Positions 51,241-60,105 of a DNA stretch of 64,000 nt are shown one piece after another. The translations under genes were made by a program, and so were the position numbers. Within the stretch, counting starts at the first letter, position 1. Each line of letters opens with the position of its first letter. The stretch is from Elusimicrobia bacterium UBA5214 (GTDB lineage Bacteria; Elusimicrobiota; UBA5214), in the NCBI GenBank assembly GCA_002412545.1, contig DHVG01000002.1, positions 130,095-194,094 of the forward strand. Direction: 5' to 3'. The notes below the pieces were generated by a model. It worked only from the letters and a program-made list of their open reading frames with translations, was not told where the DNA came from and did not search any database.

Positions 51241-51882
51241 TCAATGCAAAATGTTTTGTTTTATAAAATACAACTTTGATAATAAAGGATAGAAAATAAA
51301 CCGCCCGATACCAAGCATTGAATAGACAAACAATATCCCACATCTCAACATTTGATATTCTATTACTACTGGTTCTCTTGCTCGGAAATACCTTTCCCAT
51401 AAGACACCTAAACCAAAAATTGCTACTGCTGTTCCAAGCCAAAGTAACGAAATCGTTATGGCAAGGTTAAGGAATCCCCATAATTCATTATAACGCAGAT
51501 TCAAAAGGTTGAGATTATTATTCTTCAATGTATCAAGATTATAATTCTTGTCCAAACGGAAAGAAAGCAAAATAATCAGCCAAAAAAGTGATTCAAATCC
51601 AAGTTTTATAAGACTTCTACTAAATATTTGAGAAATTAGTAACGAAATTATTGCTACGGTCAAGAAAAACGGCAACTTGTCAAATATTGCGCGTCTACCA
51701 ATCTTCAAAATCAAAAAGACCACAACTCCAATAGTTAAAGAGAAAATAAATGTATAACGCAAAGGGAGTGCGAATTGAGGAAAAGCAATCACCGTTGCCC
51801 ATTTTACTTGGTAGAATGCTAAAGTATGAAAAAGTTGTGACAAGGAAAAACCAACTGCCAGATAGAGAGAATACTTTGTCAC
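51241..51882 (-). CDS. multi-pass membrane hypothetical protein
   Basis: 213-aa hydrophobic ORF co-oriented in the operon. Confidence 0.55.
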   Translation of the reverse strand: MTKYSLYLAVGFSLSQLFHTLAFYQVKWATVIAFPQFALPLRYTFIFSLTIGVVVFLILKIGRRAIFDKLPFFLTVAIISLLISQIFSRSLIKLGFESLFWLIILLSFRLDKNYNLDTLKNNNLNLLNLRYNELWGFLNLAITISLLWLGTAVAIFGLGVLWERYFRAREPVVIEYQMLRCGILFVYSMLGIGRFIFYPLLSKLYFIKQNILH

Positions 51883-51908
51883 ATTTTTAGATTAAGATTG
51901 ATTCCATT

Positions 51909-52883
51909 TTAAATAAGTTTTACTTCTTGTTTACCGGAAACGATTTTACCAATAATAACCGAGTTTTTCAGTAACTTATGAACTCGTGAACTTATCAACC
52001 CTGAACCAAAACGGTTCAGGGTAAACTTATCAACTATTATCACCATGCCAACTCCCATATTAAATATACGGAACATTTCTTTTTCCGGAATTTTACCTTT
52101 ATCCTGAATGATGCGGAAAATTTCCGGTACTTGCCAACTTTTTTTATCAATTACCGCTTGACAATTCTTGGGTAAAATACGAGGTATATTGTCGTAGAAT
52201 CCACCACCGGTGATGTTGACGATTCCGCTGATGGCTGATGGCTGACGGCGGATGGCGGATAATATCTCTTTGACATAAATCTTGGTAGGGGTGAGGAGTT
52301 CTTCACCGTATTTAATTAGTTCTTTTTTGGAGAAAATTTTGCGCACTAAGGAGAAACCGTTTGAATGTAAGCCACTTGAAGGTAGACCGATAATTAAATC
52401 ACCGGGTTTAATTTTTCTACCATCAATAACTTTATTTTTTTCTACCAAACCGACGGTAAAACCAGCTAAATCGTATTCACCTTCATGATAAAATCCGGGC
52501 ATTTCAGCAGTTTCACCACCAAGAAGGATACAATCTGCCTGACAGCATCCTTCGTTTATACCTTTGATAATTTGTTCGGCAACTTTTAAATCCAATTTAC
52601 TACAAGCGAAATAATCAAGAAAAAATAAAGGTTTTGCTCCACAACAGATTACATCGTTGACATTCATTGCTACTAAATCAACCCCGACGGTATTGTGTTT
52701 ATTTAAGAGAAAAGCGAGTTTAAGTTTTGTGCCGACACCGTCACTGGAAGCAGAAAGATAATGTTTCTTATCTAATGGATATAAACCGCTAAATCCGCCG
52801 ATTACCGGAGCAATTTTTTTAATCCTTTTTACGAAAAGGTTACCTTTGTCAATGTCTACACCCGCTTGTTTGTAAGTTACCAT
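51909..52883 (-). CDS. purM: AIR synthase
   Basis: Y..AGVDI, DGVGTK, PLFFLDY, GGETAEMP, SSGLHSNGFS, FNMGVG. Confidence 0.96.
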   Translation of the reverse strand: MVTYKQAGVDIDKGNLFVKRIKKIAPVIGGFSGLYPLDKKHYLSASSDGVGTKLKLAFLLNKHNTVGVDLVAMNVNDVICCGAKPLFFLDYFACSKLDLKVAEQIIKGINEGCCQADCILLGGETAEMPGFYHEGEYDLAGFTVGLVEKNKVIDGRKIKPGDLIIGLPSSGLHSNGFSLVRKIFSKKELIKYGEELLTPTKIYVKEILSAIRRQPSAISGIVNITGGGFYDNIPRILPKNCQAVIDKKSWQVPEIFRIIQDKGKIPEKEMFRIFNMGVGMVIIVDKFTLNRFGSGLISSRVHKLLKNSVIIGKIVSGKQEVKLI

Positions 52884-52985
52884 TATTAAGCTCCTTTTGG
52901 CTATTGGCCTTTAGCCATTAGCTTTCAGCCAGATGCCCGGGCTAAGAGCCGATGGCTAACGGCTATTCGTTAAAGGCTAATAGCC

Positions 52986-54257
52986 TCATTTCACTATTGG
53001 TAAGATTGCCGCACCGTTAGGGATAATATATGTCTTAAAATTATTCCCGTGTTTTTTTCTCAGATAACTCAATATTTCATTTATATCTTTCTTGTAGGAA
53101 AAATGCATTTCTTCAACCAATTCTTTTGCCAAAGAAGAAACCACGATTACTTCACATTTTTTTAGTATTTTAGCAGTTAAATATGCACGATGTCCCTCTA
53201 CTTCAATATCTTCTTCTTTTTTGTGTAATATTTCTTCAAGATGATGTTTTCTTAACCATTTCTCAAAGACAGGTTGCCCGACACCGTCACGACATTCAGC
53301 AAGGAGAACAATAGTTCCTCCCTCTTTGGTTATTTCTGCGCTTGCAGTTATGGTTTTCTGTGACTGGTATAAATTTATATCTTTAGGATAACCGCCACAA
53401 CTGCTGATTACTACTTCTGCCTTTTCAGGAACAGTAACTGAATAAAGTGATTGAGCAATTTTAATTCCAGCAAAGAATGCTTTTTCAAAATCACCAGCAA
53501 CTATACCAATAATTTCCTTCGTACTATTACGAATAACATTAAGAATAAAAAAAGGTTTAGTGCTTGCTACCCGATGTGCAGCTTCTAACATTTCTTCGTG
53601 GATAGGATTATTTTCCAGTTTACCGATTTCGGTTCCTCGCCGGCATACTTTACTATGGTTTTTGGTAATCGTTTTTCTACCACTTACTCCGGGAAGAATT
53701 GCTTTCCGACCGCCACCGTAACCAGCAAAAGCGTGAGGTTCAATATTACCGGTAGCAATCAAGAAGTCAGCTTGAGCAACATACTTATTTATCCATAGTT
53801 CATTGCCAGTAGATAATTTACCCAAAGAGATAAGGTCATCAGCATCAGGATTATGGTCAATAAATTGGAACCTGTTGATTAACGCTTCTCCGTAAATTTT
53901 TTTATTTTCTTCTGCACGATGTTGCCGGTGTGTGCCGTAAGCAATGATGAATCTTATTTTTTCGTCAGAAATACCAGCAATTTTAAGTTCTTCAATCAAG
54001 GAATCAAGAATTTCCCGGTAATCCGGATTAGGACGAGTAATATCTTCTACAATAATTACGAGATTATTTGGTTTTATCTTTTCTGCAATTTCTTTCAATG
54101 GTTCGCTACCGATAGGATTTTTTAAAACTTTTTTTATCTCTTCCCGAGGATTAGTAATTTTTTCTCGTTGAGTAGATAGTTCTAAAACTCGGAGCAGATT
54201 TTTTTCTTCTAATTTCAAAATTTGTGTAGATTCACCGTATTTAAGTTTTATTTCCAT
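52986..54257 (-). CDS. larA: nickel-dependent lactate racemase family protein
   Basis: DITRP, GTHR, H.FAGYGGGRK.ILPG, GGYPKDINLYQSQK. Confidence 0.88.
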   Translation of the reverse strand: MEIKLKYGESTQILKLEEKNLLRVLELSTQREKITNPREEIKKVLKNPIGSEPLKEIAEKIKPNNLVIIVEDITRPNPDYREILDSLIEELKIAGISDEKIRFIIAYGTHRQHRAEENKKIYGEALINRFQFIDHNPDADDLISLGKLSTGNELWINKYVAQADFLIATGNIEPHAFAGYGGGRKAILPGVSGRKTITKNHSKVCRRGTEIGKLENNPIHEEMLEAAHRVASTKPFFILNVIRNSTKEIIGIVAGDFEKAFFAGIKIAQSLYSVTVPEKAEVVISSCGGYPKDINLYQSQKTITASAEITKEGGTIVLLAECRDGVGQPVFEKWLRKHHLEEILHKKEEDIEVEGHRAYLTAKILKKCEVIVVSSLAKELVEEMHFSYKKDINEILSYLRKKHGNNFKTYIIPNGAAILPIVK

Positions 54258-54288
54258 CTTTTTTCTCGCAGAGAGCGCAAAAAGGTCA

Positions 54289-54900
54289 TTAAATTTTCTG
54301 CGTTCTTTGCGATAACTCTGCGTTCTTTGCGGCTATTCTACTACCGGGTTTAACTAAAGGTATATTTTTTTTACATAAAAGACACCTCTGGGATTGATAA
54401 TTTTTAATTTTTAATTTAAGTAAAGAAATCAATGAATAGTCAAATTTTACTTGTCCGCCGCTACGGTCAACTAAACATCCCACGGCTACAATTTTTCCAC
54501 CAGCATTTTTGACCACGTTGATTACTTCTTGTGTAGAACCACCAGTAGTGATTACATCTTCCACAACTAAGACTTTTTCTTCTTTCTTAATTTGGAATCC
54601 TCGTCGGAGAGTCATTTTTCCTTCTTCTCTTTCAGTAAAAATTGCCCGACAACCCAAAACCCGTGCTACTTCTTGTCCAATCACTATTCCTCCTAATGCT
54701 GGAGAAACAACAGTATCAATCTTTGAGCGGGTGAGTTTATGGACAATGAGGCGGGCAAGTTTTCCGGCTAAATCGGGATATTGTAAAACCAAAGCAGATT
54801 GTAAATATGTATCCGAATGTAATCCACTGGAAAGCAAAAAATGTCCTTTAAGTAACGCTTTTTTTTCTTCAAATAATTTTAGTATTTTTTCTTTTTTCAT
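54289..54900 (-). CDS. pyrE: orotate phosphoribosyltransferase
   Basis: GHF.LSSGLHS, VVEDVITTGGS, KPGSR. Confidence 0.96.
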   Translation of the reverse strand: MKKEKILKLFEEKKALLKGHFLLSSGLHSDTYLQSALVLQYPDLAGKLARLIVHKLTRSKIDTVVSPALGGIVIGQEVARVLGCRAIFTEREEGKMTLRRGFQIKKEEKVLVVEDVITTGGSTQEVINVVKNAGGKIVAVGCLVDRSGGQVKFDYSLISLLKLKIKNYQSQRCLLCKKNIPLVKPGSRIAAKNAELSQRTQKI

Positions 54901-54981
54901 ATCTGTTTGATAAGATTTATGATATTTTCACCCTCTCCTTAATCCTCTCCCCTTGAGGGAGAGGGACGGGGTGAGGGGGAA

Positions 54982-55668
54982 TTAAATTTCTTGTTTAATC
55001 TTCTTAACTATTGTCAGTGGTTCTTCAGATTCAGTGATTGGTCTACCAACAACAATATAATTTGCCCCTTTGGCTGATGCAAGTGCCGGAGTAATCGTTC
55101 TTCTCTGGTCGTAGATTTCTTCACCGGCTAATCTTATTCCAGGAACGACAAGAAGGAAATCTTCCCCACAAGCTTTACGGATTAAATCAATTTCTCTACC
55201 CGAAGCGACAATACCGTTCAGTCCAACATTTTTTGCTAATAAAGCAAAACGGACTACCTGATTACTCAATTTTCTTTTAAAGCCCAGAACTTCTATATCT
55301 TCTTCTTCTAAACTGGTTAAAACCGTAACTCCAAACAATAGTGGTCGCATAACTACCGGCTGATGTCTCACGGTATCTACTGCTTCTTTAAGCATTTTTT
55401 CACCACCGGAAATATGTAAAGTAAAAGCGAAAGGTTTATATTTCATCAGGGCAAGCACTGCTCTACTCACGGTTGCTGGAATATCATGAAATTTGAAATC
55501 AAAAAATATTTTTTTCTTTTTTTCCTGAAGTTTCTTAATAAATTCTGGACTACAGGTAGAAAAAAGGGGGAAACCAATTTTAAAAATTTCCACCTCTTCA
55601 CTAAGAAGATTTACTAACTCGGTTGCCTTTTTCTCCTCGACATCTAAAGCAACAATCAATTCCGTCAT
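54982..55668 (-). CDS. pyrF: orotidine-5'-phosphate decarboxylase
   Basis: IVALD, D.KFHDIP.TV, VTVLTS, PGIR, VVGRPI. Confidence 0.96.
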   Translation of the reverse strand: MTELIVALDVEEKKATELVNLLSEEVEIFKIGFPLFSTCSPEFIKKLQEKKKKIFFDFKFHDIPATVSRAVLALMKYKPFAFTLHISGGEKMLKEAVDTVRHQPVVMRPLLFGVTVLTSLEEEDIEVLGFKRKLSNQVVRFALLAKNVGLNGIVASGREIDLIRKACGEDFLLVVPGIRLAGEEIYDQRRTITPALASAKGANYIVVGRPITESEEPLTIVKKIKQEI

Positions 55669-55785
55669 TTAATAAACCATCCTTCTCGTTACAAAAATAC
55701 TTTGATTAACGAGTGTAATAAGTATTTTCTGAATTTAATAGGACTGTTAAAATGAACATAAAGTAGATAATTCATTTTTCAGTAT

Positions 55786-56001
55786 TTATTTCTGTTTAAG
55801 TTCTTTTTTTGTAGTCGCATTCTCTTCGTTGGGGAATAAATATTTTACTATTTCCCAAACAAGTAATCCGAGAGCAACCAAGATACCAATGATGCTACCG
55901 GTTTTGCCTATCCGGGGTATTAGCCCGAGAAATAAATTCAGAGTTAAAACTATAATTGCCATCCATAAGATTATTCCGATAAAAATATTCTTCAATCTCA
56001 T
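55786..56001 (-). CDS. small two-TM membrane protein
   Basis: Two hydrophobic helices; overlaps the upstream stop codon. Confidence 0.5.
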   Translation of the reverse strand: MRLKNIFIGIILWMAIIVLTLNLFLGLIPRIGKTGSIIGILVALGLLVWEIVKYLFPNEENATTKKELKQK

Positions 56002-56375
56002 AGTTTCGTAAAACAGACTTTCCTCCAGTCACAGGAAAAGCAGGCAAATTCTTGCCATTTAGGTAATATCTTTGATATCTTACTTTTTATTTTTCTCCAG
56101 AGAAGAGCATCTCCTTTTTTTAAATTTAACAATTTTAATGCCATTTTATCAAGTGCTTCTATTTCTTTTTCATAACCGGGTTTATAAATACAGATATTTG
56201 TTTTCAGATGTGGACAATACGCACATACTGCATCTGCACCGTCAACAATTTTTGTTTTTGTATCGTTTTCTAAATTTTTGATGATACCTTTAAGATTAGA
56301 TATAAACTTTTTACTATATCCTTCACCTTCAAAGAAATGTAAACAGATGAGATGGTGTCCACGCAGTTTAATCAT
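55998..56375 (-). CDS. DUF1284-family Cys-rich protein
   Basis: LRGHHLIC...F.GEGYS, D.VC..CP, C..C.W...C. Confidence 0.82.
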   Translation of the reverse strand: MIKLRGHHLICLHFFEGEGYSKKFISNLKGIIKNLENDTKTKIVDGADAVCAYCPHLKTNICIYKPGYEKEIEALDKMALKLLNLKKGDALLWRKIKSKISKILPKWQEFACFSCDWRKVCFTKL

Positions 56376-56378
56376 TTA

Positions 56379-56458
56379 CTCAGTTAATTCGGTTTAGTCG
56401 GTTAATTCTGTTTGGTCCGTTCAACGGTCATAACGGACATAACCGACAAAACGGACAA
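56379..56458. repeat. bidirectional 9-mer array downstream of pyrD
   Basis: Same family as 26991-27092; centre CCGTTCAACGG. Confidence 0.88.
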
Positions 56459-56472
56459 AACATTTTTTGCGA

Positions 56473-57501
56473 TCATTCGTGTATCATACTGCCGGTTAGT
56501 TTACTCAAGGTAATTTTTTGTATTTTAAGATATTGTTTTAGACCGATAAGTATTTTCTGTGGTAAAAATGGGTCACGGAAAAGAGCGCTACCTAAAGCAA
56601 TTGCTTTTGCACCGACAAGAAAAAATTCTATTGCATCTTGAGGACTATTTATTCCACCCATACCGATAATTGGTATTTTAACCTTTTGGTAAGTTTCGTA
56701 AATCATCCGTAAAACAATTGGTTTAATTGCTGGACCAGATAAACCACCAAAGACTGGTGAGTGGGAAGTGGTGAGTGGTGAGTGGGGAAAGGCAAGGGCG
56801 GAGAAAGTGTTGACTAAAGAGAGAGCATCGGCACCGGCAGATTCGGCAGTTTTGGCAATTACAGTTATATCCGTAACATTAGGGGTAAGTTTAGCAATTA
56901 CCGGTAATTTGGTTACCTTTTTTACTCTCTTTACCACCTCGTAAGTCAGTTCTGCATCCTGCGAGATAAGCGAAATTACTCCTTGCTCGGAGTTTATCCC
57001 CCCATTCTTGCTTTCGCCTGCCCCCGCGTCTCCCGACGCAAGTCGGGGCGGCGGGCAAGAAAGCAGGGGGGGACTCTTTGCTCTTGGCTCTTTGCTACGA
57101 ACATTCGGACAAGAAAGATTTAATTCCAGAGCAGATATACCTTTTTCTTTGTCTAATCTACGAGAAATCTCAGCGAATTCTTCTGCGTTCTCCGCAGCAA
57201 TACTTACGACTATTGGTATTTTAAGTTTTCTTTTTAAAAAAGGTAATTTTTCTTTTAGAAAAATTTCCAAACCCGGATTTTCCAGACCAATTGAATTAAT
57301 CATTCCTTCCATTGTTTCTACAATTCTCGGCGACGGATTACCCGCACGCGGTTTAAGAGTAACTGTCTTTGTAGTTATCGCCCCGAAAACATTCAGGTTA
57401 ATTAACTTACTGTATTCTTCACCAAAACCAATAATTCCACTGGCAACAAGGAGTGGATTTTTTAGTTTTATTCTGGCAATTTCAGTTGATAAATTAACCA
57501 T
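56473..57501 (-). CDS. pyrD: dihydroorotate dehydrogenase B catalytic subunit, with large loop insertion
   Basis: NP...ASG, GN..PRI, INSIGLEN.G, ELNLSCPN, KLTPN, GGLSG.AIKP, GMGGI. Confidence 0.95.
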   Translation of the reverse strand: MVNLSTEIARIKLKNPLLVASGIIGFGEEYSKLINLNVFGAITTKTVTLKPRAGNPSPRIVETMEGMINSIGLENPGLEIFLKEKLPFLKRKLKIPIVVSIAAENAEEFAEISRRLDKEKGISALELNLSCPNVRSKEPRAKSPPLLSCPPPRLASGDAGAGESKNGGINSEQGVISLISQDAELTYEVVKRVKKVTKLPVIAKLTPNVTDITVIAKTAESAGADALSLVNTFSALAFPHSPLTTSHSPVFGGLSGPAIKPIVLRMIYETYQKVKIPIIGMGGINSPQDAIEFFLVGAKAIALGSALFRDPFLPQKILIGLKQYLKIQKITLSKLTGSMIHE

Positions 57502-57547
57502 TCTTGTTCCTCTTCACAAACCGAATCTTTCAGTATGTCTATGTATA

Positions 57548-59254
57548 TCATTTCAAAATCGTGATTCCATATTTATCTATTAATATTTTTGTAGTTTTGT
57601 CTATTAATAAATCTTTTTCTACGCTTTTGGCGGAAATCAATTGCTCAGGTAGTTTATCTATTTTCACCCAGTTTCCTTCTACAAATTTAGCAATTTGTTC
57701 AATTTTATGCGGATAAAGTATACCCTGATGCCAAGGTTCCCAATTTGTTTTGTAACCTTGCGCATAGAGTATACCATCACTCAAATAAATATTTTCTACA
57801 TAAAAATTAGGCGAAATCGTTCGTAGAGCCAAAGTTGAAACATTTATTTCATCAATTTCGGAATACTTCTCACCTTCCATTTCAGGGTAGATTCTCAAAA
57901 TATAAATTAAATTTTCTGTTCCAAGTACATAGTTCCTGTCAGGTGCGGAGTAGAGTCTGTAGTTATTTGAACCACTTATATGTTTGATAGTTAAGCTATC
58001 TAAGTCTAATATATCCAACCCACGATTCGTTTGCATAAGCACTTTTTTTCCAAGAGAAGTAATTAGTATTTCATACCTCATGGGTTCTTGTACAAATTGG
58101 GCAATTTCCATTATCCATCTCTGTTCATCAAGGGAAAATATTTTATTTCTAAGCACAAAATTCTTATGCATACCGAAATAAGGAATTTTCTCCATCATAT
58201 CTAATTGTGGAATTTTACTTAATTTATTTACAATTTTTTCCATTTTTTCTTCAGAGTAATCTTCAAAATATTTTTTTAGGTCTGAATCTTGATGGTATCG
58301 TTTGTAGCCATCTTGGTATCCTCTTAGAAATCTTGCTAAGTCAAATCTTGGGTAAGATTTAATCATAGAAATATCGTTGAGCAACCTGTCAATCGTTTCT
58401 TCTGTCTGAATTAGTCGGAATATCTTCCATTTTCCGTTATTCTTGTCGTATTCCGCTATTCTCGTATCATAATAATTTTGGAAACCAACAAGAACCCAAG
58501 CATATTTAGGAGATACAACAAAACAGTCTATAGTGGCATATGGACTTTGATCCCCCATTAATTCGTCATGATGATAAGTCTTCCATTCCCCAGAGATTTT
58601 ATTGTAGCAAAGCAATACACCCTTTGACCTCCTCTCAGCAAATGGTACAATCCATACGAAAGTAGTTTCAATAACTGCATAATTATTACCCGGTGGTTCA
58701 TCTATTCCTAATTTAGTATATATATGATTCAAGTTCTCCCACAGACCGATTTTAGTGTCATAAATATCGATACGATGGAAACTTGATATCCAGATGGTTT
58801 CTGTTTTCTGGTCATATACAAACTTTAAATTTTCATTTGCTCCGAATTCCGTGCTTTGACTTACCTTAAAATCATCTACAAATTGTTTGCTGGTTAAATC
58901 AAAAATCTTAATTCCATCGCGCCAAGTTCCCACCCATAATTTGTTTTCTATTTTGGCAAGTGAGGAAATTCCACTCTCTGATTTTGGCAGTCGGTATACC
59001 AAAAGGCCGTTGTCCGAAGGATTAAACTCACCTAAACCGCTTGTAAGAGGTAGGTACCATCTTCCTTCGAATTCTACTGCCGCGGCACCATTAATTGCGG
59101 TAGTATTAGGCAACCAAATTGTTTTTCCATCGGTTTGGTAAAGAGGAACAAATTGAGGCGGGAAATCTTCACCAAAACAAATACTACAACAAATAAATAA
59201 CATATTTAACCAGAATACTATTTTTGTTAGTTTTAACATTTTTTCAAATTTCAT
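57548..59254 (-). CDS. secreted hypothetical protein, possible beta-propeller
   Basis: 568 aa with signal-like N-terminus; LWVGT, IWIS, YD...WK repeats; ATGA overlap with the pyrK stop. Confidence 0.6.
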   Translation of the reverse strand: MKFEKMLKLTKIVFWLNMLFICCSICFGEDFPPQFVPLYQTDGKTIWLPNTTAINGAAAVEFEGRWYLPLTSGLGEFNPSDNGLLVYRLPKSESGISSLAKIENKLWVGTWRDGIKIFDLTSKQFVDDFKVSQSTEFGANENLKFVYDQKTETIWISSFHRIDIYDTKIGLWENLNHIYTKLGIDEPPGNNYAVIETTFVWIVPFAERRSKGVLLCYNKISGEWKTYHHDELMGDQSPYATIDCFVVSPKYAWVLVGFQNYYDTRIAEYDKNNGKWKIFRLIQTEETIDRLLNDISMIKSYPRFDLARFLRGYQDGYKRYHQDSDLKKYFEDYSEEKMEKIVNKLSKIPQLDMMEKIPYFGMHKNFVLRNKIFSLDEQRWIMEIAQFVQEPMRYEILITSLGKKVLMQTNRGLDILDLDSLTIKHISGSNNYRLYSAPDRNYVLGTENLIYILRIYPEMEGEKYSEIDEINVSTLALRTISPNFYVENIYLSDGILYAQGYKTNWEPWHQGILYPHKIEQIAKFVEGNWVKIDKLPEQLISAKSVEKDLLIDKTTKILIDKYGITILK

Positions 59255-60105
59255 TCCCAGATTATTTGATTTGCTTCAAAAACTGGTCCATCTTTACAGA
59301 CGGTCTTGTAGACGAAATGCTGGTGGCTAGTGGTTAGTGATTGATGGCTGGTTTTCACAACACATCCTCGGCAAGCACCAAGACCACAAGCCATCATTGC
59401 TTCTAAAGATACCTGATAGGGAATTTTGTATTTTTGTGTAATTTTAGCAATTTCTTTTAGCATTGCATAGGGACCACAAGCATATATATTAGTTATGAGT
59501 GATGAGTTATGAGTTATGAGTGAATTTCTGAACAGGTCAGTGACAAGACCTTTATAACCAAGGGAACCGTCTTCAGTAGCGAGTTTAACCTGGCAACCAA
59601 GTTTTTTGAAATTATCAATGCAGAGGAGGTCGTTTTTTGTTTTTGCACCAAGGAAAACAGTTAAAGGTGTAAGGTGTGAAGTGTAAAGTGTAATTAACTT
59701 CTGAGCAAGGAAGAGAAGTGAGGCGACACCGGTGCCACCGGCGATGAGGATGGGTGATTGGGTGATTGGGTGATTGAGTGATTGAGTAAAACCGTTACCG
59801 AGGGGACCAAGCACATCTAAAGTATTACCTTTTTTCTTTCGGGATAAGAGTTCAGTTCCTTTACCGACAACTTTGTAGATTATTTCAACCTGATTTTTTT
59901 TGACTTTCGCGATACTGAAAGGACGACGAAGGTAAGTACCTTCTCCACAATAAATATGGACAAATTGTCCCGGTTGAGCAATTTGGGCAATCTGTGGGGC
60001 AGAAAAAATTAAACGAAAATAGCCGGATGAGATTTCTTTCTGGTCAGTGATTAAGGATTGTAAATGATAAACTTTATTCTGAATAGACAATTTTGCCGTT
60101 AACAA
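59251..60105 (-). CDS. pyrK: dihydroorotate dehydrogenase electron-transfer subunit
   Basis: PGQFV, LRRPFSI, GPLGNGF, AGG.G, ACGP, CG.G.C.GC, VC.DGPVF; start uncertain. Confidence 0.95.
   Translation of the reverse strand: MLTAKLSIQNKVYHLQSLITDQKEISSGYFRLIFSAPQIAQIAQPGQFVHIYCGEGTYLRRPFSIAKVKKNQVEIIYKVVGKGTELLSRKKKGNTLDVLGPLGNGFTQSLNHPITQSPILIAGGTGVASLLFLAQKLITLYTSHLTPLTVFLGAKTKNDLLCIDNFKKLGCQVKLATEDGSLGYKGLVTDLFRNSLITHNSSLITNIYACGPYAMLKEIAKITQKYKIPYQVSLEAMMACGLGACRGCVVKTSHQSLTTSHQHFVYKTVCKDGPVFEANQIIWE

Noticed and set aside
56983..57096. Intein or self-splicing intron in pyrD
   Set aside because: Far too short, and lacks intein terminal residues and group I/II cores
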